Positions 45,401-54,568 of a stretch of 64,000 bases of DNA are shown here, in pieces. Below the pieces are notes generated by a model. It was not told the origin of the DNA. It saw nothing but the letters and a program-made list of their open reading frames with translations, and did not search any database. The DNA is taken from NCBI GenBank assembly GCA_964622505.1, contig CAZUQJ010000002.1, forward strand, positions 71,905 through 135,904. The letters run 5' to 3'. The translations under genes were made by a program, and so were the position numbers. The stretch is from an uncultured Candidatus Saccharibacteria bacterium. GTDB lineage: Bacteria > Patescibacteriota > Minisyncoccia > Phycocordibacterales > UBA9973. The first letter of the stretch is position 1; each line of letters begins with the position of its first letter.

Positions 45401-47134
45401 ATGAGAAAATTATTTACGTTTGTAATGTTTCTGTTTTTTATGTTAGTTTCGTTTGCTGGAACAGCTTCCGCTGCTGCCCTCAAAGTAACTCTTACTAGCA
45501 CAACGCCAACAGGGGGAGAAGTAAAAGCTGGCGACAAAAATGTTGAATTTGCTCATTTTTCAGTAGCCAACACAAGTAAAAGTGATGTAAAAATTGGCGA
45601 CTTTATTGTTGCTCAACAAGAAGGTCAAAAAGGTATGATTGAGAATCTGGCGCTGTACGACTCGAGTGGTAATAAAATAAGTGAAAAAATGAACACAAAA
45701 GATGGTAATTTTTATTTCGGTAGCACCTCAGGACTTTTTACTGTCACTAAAGGCGCAACTTTTAAGGTAATTGTTAAGGGGGATATTTCTGCTTCAGCTT
45801 CAGCTCAAAATAATTCAAAAGTTGGGATATCGTTTAGTAAATCTTTTGGGAAAGACCTGTCGACTAATGGTCTTGTTACTTTTGATCAGAGCATAAAAGC
45901 AAATTTGAAGATGTTCGCGACACCAGAATGTGCCTTGGCGACGCAACCTTGGATCAAAGTCATTTCTCCAAATGGAGGGGAGGGTCAGTCGTATAAACCT
46001 GCCGATAAATATACTATTACTTGGGATAGTTGCAATGTGAAAGGCAAAGTTGACGTTGCTCTAGTATATCCTAGCTCTTTTAACCTTAATTTTGGAATTA
46101 CTGCCCTGACAGTTGATAATACTGGATCAACAACGACTACCATACCAGCCTCGAAACTTTTTTATAGTCCAAAGGGTCTTCAAGATGGTACATACTATAA
46201 AATTTCTGTAACTGACCACGATACAGGAAAAATTGTAGATATGAGCGATGAAAATTTTAGTATTCGTTCATCATCCACACCTTCTTGTAATGCGAGTACT
46301 TCACCTTGGGTCAAGGTGATATCCCCAAACGGAGGAGAGACATATACGCTGGGTAAACACATTCCCGTACAATGGGAAAAGTGCAATATATCTGGTAATT
46401 CTGTGAGTGTGAAGCTTGGGCGTACTGCTGCTGGTTTTACGTTTGATTTATATGATCAATATAGGAATAGTGTAAATTTCCCTCTATCGGTATGGCCAAG
46501 TTTGCCTCCTGTCACTCAAGCGATAGGTACAGGCCAGTATAAGATAATAGTTGAAGGAGTTAAAGGAGGTGCTCAAGCAAAACTGATTTCTGATCAGAGC
46601 GATCAAACATTTACAGTAAAAAGCCCAGTGAGTATTGCTGTAAGCTCAAAGACGACTAAGGCTAAAAGTATTTATCCTGGTGGTAAAGATATTGAATTTG
46701 GAAGATTTATTATTTCTAATAAGATGACAGATGAGCAGTTCAAGGCAATCCTTGTGGGATTCAAGCAAGTGGGGACACACACCTCCAAGATAGAAAATCT
46801 ACGATTATATGACACAAAAGGAAATAAATTAAATCAAAGTGATTGGGTACAATATAAAAACACTGAATTTACAATAGGAAATACTTCTAACACTTTGCTT
46901 ACTGTTGAAAAAAATAGAACATTTGAAGTCGTCGTCGTCGGTGACTTGTCTTCCTCTGCGAAAGCTGGCGAAACTGTGGGATTTAAAGCAGGAATAGGTT
47001 ATGGTGTTTATTTTATAAGTCCATATCATACATTTATACCGAAAGGTACTATTGAAGTTGGTTCCCCTGACACAACAAACTTAATGAAAGTTGATACAGG
47101 AGTAACAAGTCAAAATAATACAAAAAAGCAATAG
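45401..47134 (+). CDS. Secreted hypothetical protein with two copies of a VISPNGGE...W..CN beta-sandwich-like repeat
   Basis: Signal peptide; WIKVISPNGGEGQSYKPADKYTITWDSCNVKGKV and WVKVISPNGGETYTLGKHIPVQWEKCNISGNSV; extended -10 promoter aagtgttataatg at 45358-45370. Confidence 0.5.
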   Translation: MRKLFTFVMFLFFMLVSFAGTASAAALKVTLTSTTPTGGEVKAGDKNVEFAHFSVANTSKSDVKIGDFIVAQQEGQKGMIENLALYDSSGNKISEKMNTKDGNFYFGSTSGLFTVTKGATFKVIVKGDISASASAQNNSKVGISFSKSFGKDLSTNGLVTFDQSIKANLKMFATPECALATQPWIKVISPNGGEGQSYKPADKYTITWDSCNVKGKVDVALVYPSSFNLNFGITALTVDNTGSTTTTIPASKLFYSPKGLQDGTYYKISVTDHDTGKIVDMSDENFSIRSSSTPSCNASTSPWVKVISPNGGETYTLGKHIPVQWEKCNISGNSVSVKLGRTAAGFTFDLYDQYRNSVNFPLSVWPSLPPVTQAIGTGQYKIIVEGVKGGAQAKLISDQSDQTFTVKSPVSIAVSSKTTKAKSIYPGGKDIEFGRFIISNKMTDEQFKAILVGFKQVGTHTSKIENLRLYDTKGNKLNQSDWVQYKNTEFTIGNTSNTLLTVEKNRTFEVVVVGDLSSSAKAGETVGFKAGIGYGVYFISPYHTFIPKGTIEVGSPDTTNLMKVDTGVTSQNNTKKQ

Positions 47135-47288
47135 TTACTATAACCAAATTGTATTTAAAAATATTTTCAACTAGGAGTTATCCACTGTATTCTTTCTATC
47201 ATTTTTTATAACATGATAGAATAAAGTAGGTTTATCGGGCCCGTTCTAAGTGTTATTAATTTATTATCTTTAAGTAAAAAATAAAATT

Positions 47289-47906
47289 ATGAAAAAAGTA
47301 TCAATGTTTCTAATGGTTATCGCAGTCGCTGTTTTTGGTGCTAATTATGCAAATGCTGCTGCAACACAACAAACAAATAGTAATGTAAATTGTAGTTACA
47401 TAGATCAAAATGGTAATAAGGGGTATAATTGTGATAGATTAGGTGGTGATTATACTGACGGTGGTGGAAGTGGTGGTAGTACAGCAAACAATACTGGGAC
47501 AAAAAGCTCTACTACAACTTCTAAAACAAACACAAGTGCGAATACAAAGACAAACACAACTACTGGTACCAATACTAAGACAAACACAACAACAAAAAAC
47601 ACTTCAACTAACAATACAACCACTAAGAAAGCAGACACTAAGACAGAAACTAAGACAGGCACTAAAACAGGGGCAGGTTCAAGCACCTCTACTAAAACTA
47701 CTTTCAAAGTTATAAAGTATGGTATGTCTAGTAAAGAGGTAACAGATGTTCAAAATGCTCTAACAACTAAAAAGCATTTCAAGGCAAAAGTTGATGGCAA
47801 GTTTGGTGTCGACACTTTGAATGCAGTGAAGGCATTCCAAAAAGCAAATAAATTGAAAGTCGATGGAATCGTGGGAGAGAGTACTTTTGACTTACTGATG
47901 AAATAA
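47289..47906 (+). CDS. Secreted Thr/Asn/Lys-rich low-complexity protein with C-terminal peptidoglycan-binding (PG_binding_1-like) domain
   Basis: Signal peptide, ~100 aa TKTNTTT repeats, C-terminal VTDVQNALTTKKHFKAKVDGKFGVDTLNAVKAFQKANKLKVDGIVGESTFDLL. Confidence 0.55.
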   Translation: MKKVSMFLMVIAVAVFGANYANAAATQQTNSNVNCSYIDQNGNKGYNCDRLGGDYTDGGGSGGSTANNTGTKSSTTTSKTNTSANTKTNTTTGTNTKTNTTTKNTSTNNTTTKKADTKTETKTGTKTGAGSSTSTKTTFKVIKYGMSSKEVTDVQNALTTKKHFKAKVDGKFGVDTLNAVKAFQKANKLKVDGIVGESTFDLLMK

Positions 47907-48021
47907 AAACCTAAGTTAATATAATGTTTAAACAAAAACCACCTATTAGGTGGTTTTTGTTATGTTGACAGCAACATTTTGTGTTATAATGAATCCATAT
48001 TATTAGGTCACTTTATATATT

Positions 48022-50106
48022 ATGAAAAAATTATTTTTTGCTTTTGTTTTTTTGATGGTCGTTGGTTTTGGAGTGCAACAAGCACATGCTTTGGTTACTC
48101 CAAATGAGCCGGTGCTTACAAACACTGGAGTTATTTTAAAACAAGGGAGTACTGGAACTACAGTCACAGAGTTGCAACAGACACTGATCGATAAGGGGTA
48201 TCTCCTGGGTAAAGCAGACGGTAAGTTTGGTCTGCTCACTACAAATGCAGTAAAGGCATTCCAAAAAGCAAATAAGTTGAAAGTTGATGGTGTTGTGGGG
48301 GCGGGAACACTCTTGGTCCTAAATGACCCATCTTCCGGCTCAACAACTGGTGGTACAAATACTGGTACTAGTAGTGCAGGAAATGGAACAAATAGCAACA
48401 CCAACAGTAATACAAATAGCAAGATAACAAAATCAGAAACGATAACTCTCTCAAGTACAAAGAATAAAAATATTTTGTTGAAAAATTATTCATGCAAAGA
48501 TACTGTTGCAAAAGCAAAGTTGGGTATATGGACAGGAGAGGCGCTAGATGAAGCAAAAGATGCCCTCACTAGTCTTTCTGATGTTTGGACTACTACAGAT
48601 GGTACACTTTGGACAAAAGAAGCAGACAAAATAAGTGTTGGTCAAGGATGGGAAAGAATGGTAGTTACTATAAAAGAAGGTGGCAAAGACACAGTTTACT
48701 CGTTTGGTGCTAAATACAAAGTAGGTGGCTCTGAGTCAGATAATGCAATTTACAAATCTACCGATTTCGTCAACTGGACTTATGTAGGAGATATGCCAGA
48801 TTTCTCAAGATACTACGATAAATCGATTGTTCATTTCAATGGAAAATTCTGGGCAATATCAAGCGAAGAACCTAATACAAGCTCAGACGTTGTTGGTGTG
48901 TGGAGTTCAAGTAATGGCTCAAGTTGGAAACAAGAACTTAACGATGTGCCTTGGGATGGAAATGGTAGGGATACTGTTACAAACGGAAAGGGTAGCTATA
49001 ATAGCAATAGTTTAGGAGCTTTTGTGATCGGCAAAGAAATGTTTTACCTAGTTTACAATGATAATGTGATGACTATTTACTCAACAACTGATGGTAAAAA
49101 ATGGACAAACCAAGGAGCTCTTGTGGATAGCAGTACTTCTGCTAGTTTCAAAATTGGAACAAATACTAACCCAGCTCCAGTGACCTACAATGGTGAAGTA
49201 TACATCTACTCTACTGTTCCTGGGACAATGAGTCCAATAACTATTAAGACAAAAAATGGCAAAAAATGGGTTCGTGTTACAAGCACTGAAGATAGATCAA
49301 ATTATACAAATGGATTAAAAGATACAGATTATGCTCCAGGGTATTATTCAAGTGATTTAGTGTTCAATAATAAACTATGGAAAATCGGCGGTATGAACAA
49401 TACAAAAGGTAATGATAACGCAATCTACACATCAAAAGATGGAGCTGATTGGAAAAAAATGGATGTCGAAGGTGTGTCAGAATTCCCAGGGCCTGCTGAT
49501 CGCCAACTTTCTGGAGCGGCTGTTATAACTGGATCAATGAAGATGAAGGCTACAAATTTGCAAATAGCAAGAAAATATAATTCAACAGGATGGTTTACAG
49601 GAAGTGATGAAACAGCTAGAAATTTAGGTGAATGGAATCTAATAGCAAATTCTGAAAAGAATACAAAGAACACTGGTCCAGTATCTGTTGCAAGTCTTAG
49701 TTTTGTAGGCAATAACTATAAATCTTCCCTAGGAGGTAAAGAAATTTCAAGTCTTGAAACTATGGAGAATCTGACCGTATATATAGACGATGTGAAAGTT
49801 GGTTCAATTACCAAATTCAAAGGTCCATTCTTTGAGACAACTGGTAGTAAGCTTGCATTACCTCAAACAATTAAACTTGATACACCATATACAATCAATC
49901 AGGGTCAAAGTGTTTGGGTGAAATTGGTTGCAGACTTCCCAAAGCCTGCGTTTGGCAACATTGAGTACAGGACATTCTTAAATGGAATTACATTCAAAGA
50001 TGGATACACTACACCATGTCTTGTATACAACAATGAAACAACCGACGGATACTTCTCTGTCCCGGGAGCGAATTTGTATTACAAAGATGCTAAGTTGCCT
50101 AACTAA
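48022..50106 (+). CDS. Secreted protein: N-terminal PG_binding_1-like domain + large BNR/Asp-box repeat (sialidase-like beta-propeller) region
   Basis: VTELQQTLIDKGYLLGKADGKFGLLTTNAVKAFQKANKLKVDGVVGAGTL, then repeated S-x-D-G-x-x-W motifs (TTDGTLWTK, SSNGSSWKQ, STTDGKKWT, TSKDGADWKK). Confidence 0.55.
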   Translation: MKKLFFAFVFLMVVGFGVQQAHALVTPNEPVLTNTGVILKQGSTGTTVTELQQTLIDKGYLLGKADGKFGLLTTNAVKAFQKANKLKVDGVVGAGTLLVLNDPSSGSTTGGTNTGTSSAGNGTNSNTNSNTNSKITKSETITLSSTKNKNILLKNYSCKDTVAKAKLGIWTGEALDEAKDALTSLSDVWTTTDGTLWTKEADKISVGQGWERMVVTIKEGGKDTVYSFGAKYKVGGSESDNAIYKSTDFVNWTYVGDMPDFSRYYDKSIVHFNGKFWAISSEEPNTSSDVVGVWSSSNGSSWKQELNDVPWDGNGRDTVTNGKGSYNSNSLGAFVIGKEMFYLVYNDNVMTIYSTTDGKKWTNQGALVDSSTSASFKIGTNTNPAPVTYNGEVYIYSTVPGTMSPITIKTKNGKKWVRVTSTEDRSNYTNGLKDTDYAPGYYSSDLVFNNKLWKIGGMNNTKGNDNAIYTSKDGADWKKMDVEGVSEFPGPADRQLSGAAVITGSMKMKATNLQIARKYNSTGWFTGSDETARNLGEWNLIANSEKNTKNTGPVSVASLSFVGNNYKSSLGGKEISSLETMENLTVYIDDVKVGSITKFKGPFFETTGSKLALPQTIKLDTPYTINQGQSVWVKLVADFPKPAFGNIEYRTFLNGITFKDGYTTPCLVYNNETTDGYFSVPGANLYYKDAKLPN

Positions 50107-50112
50107 CAAGAA

Positions 50113-50145
50113 TAAAAATACCCCACTTTAGTGGGGTATTTTTAT
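50113..50145 (+). terminator. Hairpin terminator aaataccccact-tt-agtggggtattttt
   Basis: Perfect stem + T run after the 48022..50106 stop. Confidence 0.55.
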
Positions 50146-50150
50146 TTAGA

Positions 50151-50735
50151 TTATTTTTTGGGTTTAGAGATTACTTCGTCTATTAGATTGTATTTTTTTG
50201 CTTCTTCGGCAGTCATCCAGTTGTCTCTATCAGCGTCCTTCTCTACCTGAGCGGGAGTCTTGCCTGTATTCTTGCTCAGAATTTTATTTAAATTTTCTTT
50301 GATGCGTAGAATATGTTTGGCTTGGATCTCTATATCGCTTGCTTGCCCTTCGGCGCCACCAAGCACTTGGTGGATCATAATCTCCGAGTTTGGTAGTGCA
50401 AAGCGCTTGCCCTTAGAACCAGCCGAGAGTAGTAGTGAGCCCATCGATGCAGCTACACCGACGCATATTGTGGAGACATCGGCTCGGACGAAGTTCATAG
50501 TGTCCAGTATTGCCATACCAGCCGAAACCGATCCGCCAGGAGAGTTGATGTACAAGTGGATATCCTTTTTGGAGTCCATATGGTCTAGATACAACAACTG
50601 CGCTACAACCAAGTTTGCAATATGATCATCGATCGCTCCTGCGAGGAATATGATGCGCTCGTTGAGGAGGCGAGAGTATATGTCATAAGCTCGCTCACCG
50701 TTCATTGTTTTTTCGATAACTGTTGGGATTAACAT
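50151..50735 (-). CDS. clpP: ATP-dependent Clp protease proteolytic subunit
   Basis: ORF opens at 51035 but true start is ATG 50735 ([10 protein letters not shown]...); catalytic Ser GVAASMGS, His MIHQ, Asp; 194 aa. Confidence 0.9.
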   Translation of the reverse strand: MLIPTVIEKTMNGERAYDIYSRLLNERIIFLAGAIDDHIANLVVAQLLYLDHMDSKKDIHLYINSPGGSVSAGMAILDTMNFVRADVSTICVGVAASMGSLLLSAGSKGKRFALPNSEIMIHQVLGGAEGQASDIEIQAKHILRIKENLNKILSKNTGKTPAQVEKDADRDNWMTAEEAKKYNLIDEVISKPKK

Positions 50736-50770
50736 AAAATAGTTCAAAATTTTAAAGATAAATAAAAATT

Positions 50771-50850
50771 TTAAATAGCTCTCCCCAAAGGGTACAGGAT
50801 TTTTGAAGCTTAAAAATCCCTGAAGTTTGGTCGCCGTCGCTCCCAAAACC
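50771..50850. other. Structured element: long-range stem tccccaaaggg/ccccctttgga enclosing hairpin aggattttt-gaagct-taaaaatccct
   Basis: Nested perfect complementarity read directly; lies in the clpP 5' leader region (minus strand) and upstream of the + promoter at 50907. Confidence 0.4.
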
Positions 50851-50906
50851 CCCTTTGGAAAGACTATTTCAAATTTGTATTTATATACTAGCAAAATAAG
50901 GGTATT

Positions 50907-50943
50907 TTGACACTTGACAAAATGGTATAAATAGTGGTATAAT
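50907..50943 (+). promoter_or_regulatory. Consensus sigma70 promoter TTGACA(x2 overlapping)-N18-TATAAT
   Basis: ttttgacacttgacaaaatggtataaatagtggtataat, 19 nt upstream of ATG 50962. Confidence 0.55.
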
Positions 50944-50961
50944 AGAACAAATATTCGAAAA

Positions 50962-51417
50962 ATGAAAAAAATTCTAAATAAGTTCGCAATCTTGGTTGCC
51001 CTTGTGGCAACAGTCCTATTTTCTTCTTGTTCCAAAAATTCTGATCCTGTACCAGTTGGCGTAACCGTTGGAACAGGTCCTGATGGTGGTATCTACATTG
51101 ACATCTCTTTTGGGGGATATCATGGCGGTGGATACTCGTATCCAAACGGTTATCCAAGAAATTGGAATCAGTCGGATGAATTTAGCTTTATTTGCTACAT
51201 CTGGACCAACCCTGTGTCCAGAAACAATCGTCCAGTTTTTTTGGATGCGGCAGGAAAAATTCCAGCAAAAAGTCCAAACGGTGGAGTTGTTATTGTAAAT
51301 ATAAGTACGTCAATGATGTCATATTTACAGTATGACCCAACTCAATGTGTTTTAGTTCCGGTAGTTGTCACTATGAAAAGGGACAACAATTACAAATGGT
51401 ACTACGAGGTTGAATAA
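50962..51417 (+). CDS. Hypothetical lipoprotein
   Basis: Signal peptide with lipobox LFSSC, no other motifs. Confidence 0.5.
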   Translation: MKKILNKFAILVALVATVLFSSCSKNSDPVPVGVTVGTGPDGGIYIDISFGGYHGGGYSYPNGYPRNWNQSDEFSFICYIWTNPVSRNNRPVFLDAAGKIPAKSPNGGVVIVNISTSMMSYLQYDPTQCVLVPVVVTMKRDNNYKWYYEVE

Positions 51418-51440
51418 ACCAGCGTATCAAAAAAATAAAA

Positions 51441-51470
51441 AATCCCAGCTTTTCAGTTGGGATTTTTTTT
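51441..51470. terminator. Bidirectional hairpin aatccca-gcttttcagt-tgggatttttttt
   Basis: Between convergent 50962..51417 and tig; loop cttttcag matches (as reverse complement) the loop at 17925-17960. Confidence 0.55.
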
Positions 51471-51492
51471 ATGCAAAAGGGGAGTAGACCCT

Positions 51493-52551
51493 TTACTGAG
51501 CGCTTAAGAATGCAAAAACTTTTTCGTTGGTTAGCATTTGTTCCACATATGCGCGAGCACGCACTGGATCCGCGTCTTTATACATTTTTGTGATAGTGTC
51601 GGCTTCTTTTTCCACTTCCTCATCTGCCGGCTTAAGACTTTCTTTTACCGATATGTTGTGGATGATGAGTTCAAGCAGTGCACGCTTTTCAGCGTCGGCA
51701 CGCCACTCTTTTGATATGTCTTCCATGCTCTTGCCGATCTGCTTGAAGTAATCTTCGAGCTTGAATCCCATATTGGTAATGTCGGCTTCAAGTTTGTACA
51801 TCATCTTTTGTATTTCACTATTTATAAGTATCTCGGGGATCTCGCATTTTGTATCGGCAACAATAGCTTCTATTATGCTCATGCGTACTTTGTCTTTGGC
51901 TTGTGTTTCTTTTTCGATCTTGATGTTCTCACGGATCTTGTTTGTAAATTCTTCTACTGTTTCAAACTTGCCAAAAGACTTTACAAACTCATCATCGACA
52001 ATTGGGAGTTGTTCCTCGGTCAGTTCTGGGTGATCATGGGGCTCGCCTTCTTTGTGCTCGTGCGCTGGCATACTTTGATGAGCGCGCATTTTGCGCAAGT
52101 CGTCGATTACTTTCTTTACATCTGTTTCTTCAACAACGATTTCTTTTTTATTTTCTTCCTTGCTATTCTCTGTCTTTGCAATCTTTTTGTAATCTGGAAG
52201 TGTCATTTCTGGAATCACGGCTGTCTTTATCTTGAATTCTAGATCAGCACCTTTTGCGATTTTTGTAATAGTGATCTCTGGTCGGCCGATGGCATCAATT
52301 TTATTCTCTTCAAGAATCTTTGGATACGCATCTGATATTGCTAATTCTGCCATTTCTTCGAGGAGCACAAGCCCGTTTACATTTTGCTTCAATATATCCG
52401 CTGGAGCTTTGCCTTTGCGGAAGCCTGGTATTTCCATCCGCTCGCCAGCGCGAGCTAGAGCCTTGGCCTCATAGCTCTCAAGAGTTTCTGCAGTTAGGGA
52501 ATATTTAATTTCTACCTCGCTTTTTGCGAGTTTGTTGATTGTGGTTGTCAT
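51493..52551 (-). CDS. tig: Trigger factor (short form)
   Basis: Ribosome-binding signature IPGFRKGKAP near the N-terminus, PPIase-like middle, chaperone C-domain; 352 aa. Confidence 0.8.
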   Translation of the reverse strand: MTTTINKLAKSEVEIKYSLTAETLESYEAKALARAGERMEIPGFRKGKAPADILKQNVNGLVLLEEMAELAISDAYPKILEENKIDAIGRPEITITKIAKGADLEFKIKTAVIPEMTLPDYKKIAKTENSKEENKKEIVVEETDVKKVIDDLRKMRAHQSMPAHEHKEGEPHDHPELTEEQLPIVDDEFVKSFGKFETVEEFTNKIRENIKIEKETQAKDKVRMSIIEAIVADTKCEIPEILINSEIQKMMYKLEADITNMGFKLEDYFKQIGKSMEDISKEWRADAEKRALLELIIHNISVKESLKPADEEVEKEADTITKMYKDADPVRARAYVEQMLTNEKVFAFLSAQ

Positions 52552-52566
52552 ATCTATATTATTTAT

Positions 52567-53151
52567 TTAATCTAATTTTGGAGCGTAATCTTTCTGGTAT
52601 CTTTCTTCGCACTCTTTAATAATTTTTATTGCCTCATCTGCATCAAAGAATCCCAATACTTTGCAAGTTCCAGCTTTTTTCAAATGTTTGTAGTATTCGA
52701 AGTAGTGCTCTGTTTCTTTTTGCCAGTGAGGACCGAGCTCTGTGTATGAAGTAATATGATCCATTCTTTTGTCGTCAGCAAGTACTGTGATGATCTTGTC
52801 GTCACGCTCGCCACCGTCTTCGAATTTCATAACACCTATAACACGTGCTTCTACAAGTGATCCTGGGATCAATGGCTCGGTCACATTTGCGATAACAAAA
52901 TCAAGCAAATCATTGTCCTGATCCCAAGTCATAGGAATCGCTCCATACGATACTGGGTATGCAAGTGATGAATAGCCTACACGGTCTAGCTTCAAGTGTC
53001 CTGTTTCTGTAATAAGTTCGTATTTATTGATACTTCCAGAATTAATTTCTACAATTCCATTGATTACTTTTTTATCTTCGTTTGCGAAAGGAGGGAGTAC
53101 GTGCTGAAGGTTCAGCATTGCTTTTGAAGGTTTGTGATTTATGTTTGCCAT
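52567..53151 (-). CDS. ppa: Inorganic pyrophosphatase (family I)
   Basis: INKYEL, DQDNDLLDFVI, GVMKFEDGGERDDKIITV active-site Asp cluster. Confidence 0.9.
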   Translation of the reverse strand: MANINHKPSKAMLNLQHVLPPFANEDKKVINGIVEINSGSINKYELITETGHLKLDRVGYSSLAYPVSYGAIPMTWDQDNDLLDFVIANVTEPLIPGSLVEARVIGVMKFEDGGERDDKIITVLADDKRMDHITSYTELGPHWQKETEHYFEYYKHLKKAGTCKVLGFFDADEAIKIIKECEERYQKDYAPKLD

Positions 53152-53173
53152 AATTTTAAATTTAAATTAATAA

Positions 53174-54352
53174 TTATTCTGTCCCGTCATCGACTAAGCC
53201 ATCTTCTATAATTATATCACTTTCATTATCATCTGTAACACTCCCTGCTGTTGGCATGCCTTTGATATCAATTCTCCAACCTGTGAGCTTGGCTGCGAGG
53301 CGTACATTTTGGCCACCTTTACCGATTGCAAGTGATAGCTGATCCTCGGCAACTTCTACTTGAGCTTTGTGGTCTTCTTCATTGATCTCTATGTCAGTAA
53401 CATTTGCTGGAGAGAGTGCGCTTGCGACGAATTCTCTTGGATTCTCGGACCATGGAATGATGTCTATCTTCTCACCACCAAGCTCACTCATGACTGTTGT
53501 TACACGGATACCTTTCTGGCCCACACAAGATCCGACAGGATCGATGTGATCATCGTTTGAATACACAGCAATTTTAGAACGTGAGCCTGGCTCGCGAGCG
53601 ATGGATTTGATTTCCACCACTCCGCTTGCTATCTCAGGAGCTTCGAGTTCAAAGAGTCCTTGGATCAATTTTGGATTTGTACGAGAAAGTTTGAGGTTTA
53701 TTCCACGAGGAGATTCCTCCACACTATACAAGTATGCACGGATGCGCTCGCCACGGCGGTAGAATTCACCAGGGATTTGCTCTTCTGGAGGCATGATACC
53801 TGTTGCACGGTCGAATTCGATATATACAACTCCACGCTCTACTTTCTGCACGAAGCCATTTATGATCTGGCCTTCTTTGCCACCGTATTCATCCATTACA
53901 GAATCGCGTTCTGCTTCACGGATTTTTTGGATTATAACTTGCTTGGCAGTTTGGGCTGCGATACGGCCGTAGTCTTCTTTGGATTCAAGAGGGAAGATTA
54001 TTTCTTCTTCAAGTTCGGCACCGCTCTTGATCTTCATAGCATCGTTTAGCATGATGTGGTGCTCTTCATTGTAGCGGACTCGTTCGTCGCCTTCTTCTAT
54101 CTCTTCTTCCTCTTCACCTTCGAGGACTATGCGGACCAAAGAATCGTCCACGACGATTTTGACTTGGTAGAATTCTGTCTCGCCTGTCTCCATATTGAAA
54201 TGGGCACGGATGATCTGGCCTTTTTTGCCGTAATCTTTCTTGTAAGCGGCAGCCATAGCTTGCTCGATGGCTTCGAGAATTTTGGCTTTTGGTATTTTGC
54301 GCTCTTGCTCGAGTTGCTCGAGAGCGGATTTCATTGTTTTGAGATCTAACAT
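53174..54352 (-). CDS. nusA: Transcription termination/antitermination factor NusA
   Basis: N-terminal domain, S1 domain, two KH domains (GSCVGQKGIRV..., IGKGGQNVRLA...). Confidence 0.9.
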   Translation of the reverse strand: MLDLKTMKSALEQLEQERKIPKAKILEAIEQAMAAAYKKDYGKKGQIIRAHFNMETGETEFYQVKIVVDDSLVRIVLEGEEEEEIEEGDERVRYNEEHHIMLNDAMKIKSGAELEEEIIFPLESKEDYGRIAAQTAKQVIIQKIREAERDSVMDEYGGKEGQIINGFVQKVERGVVYIEFDRATGIMPPEEQIPGEFYRRGERIRAYLYSVEESPRGINLKLSRTNPKLIQGLFELEAPEIASGVVEIKSIAREPGSRSKIAVYSNDDHIDPVGSCVGQKGIRVTTVMSELGGEKIDIIPWSENPREFVASALSPANVTDIEINEEDHKAQVEVAEDQLSLAIGKGGQNVRLAAKLTGWRIDIKGMPTAGSVTDDNESDIIIEDGLVDDGTE

Positions 54353-54526
54353 TTTAGCTTTTAGCTACTAGGAACTAGGTGCTAGCTAGAATCCAGAAGC
54401 TTTTTATTAAATTTTTGATTAAAAAAAGTCCAGCTTTCGGGGCGGACTAATACATATACAGTATACTATTTGACCACTTTTTGCAAGAGTTAGATTACGT
54501 ATCTTAAGTATTACAATACTTCTACC

Positions 54527-54565
54527 AATAAAAAGATCGATAGCGGAAAAGCTATCGATCTTTTT
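54527..54565. terminator. Hairpin aaaaagatcgatagc-ggaaaa-gctatcgatcttttt
   Basis: 10-bp perfect stem + T run after the stop of 54569..55780. Confidence 0.55.
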
Positions 54566-54568
54566 ATT

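Noticed and set aside
47443-47715. Overlapping + and - ORFs (47443..47715, 47450..47707, 48003..48422 minus)
   Set aside because: Alternative-frame readings of the Thr/Asn/Lys repeat region and the duplicated PG-binding-domain DNA; the signal-peptide-bearing + frames 47289..47906 and 48022..50106 are the real genes.
50736-50905. CtsR operator or CIRCE element upstream of clpP
   Set aside because: Only a single GACCAAA heptad, not the tandem direct repeat, and no TTAGCACTC-N9-GAGTGCTAA; the nested-stem element is reported separately as unexplained.
54353-54480. tagct-rich stretch (ttagcttttagctactaggaactaggtgctagctag) upstream of nusA
   Set aside because: Short imperfect direct repeats without clear periodicity or palindromy; noted as possible promoter-region low complexity only.
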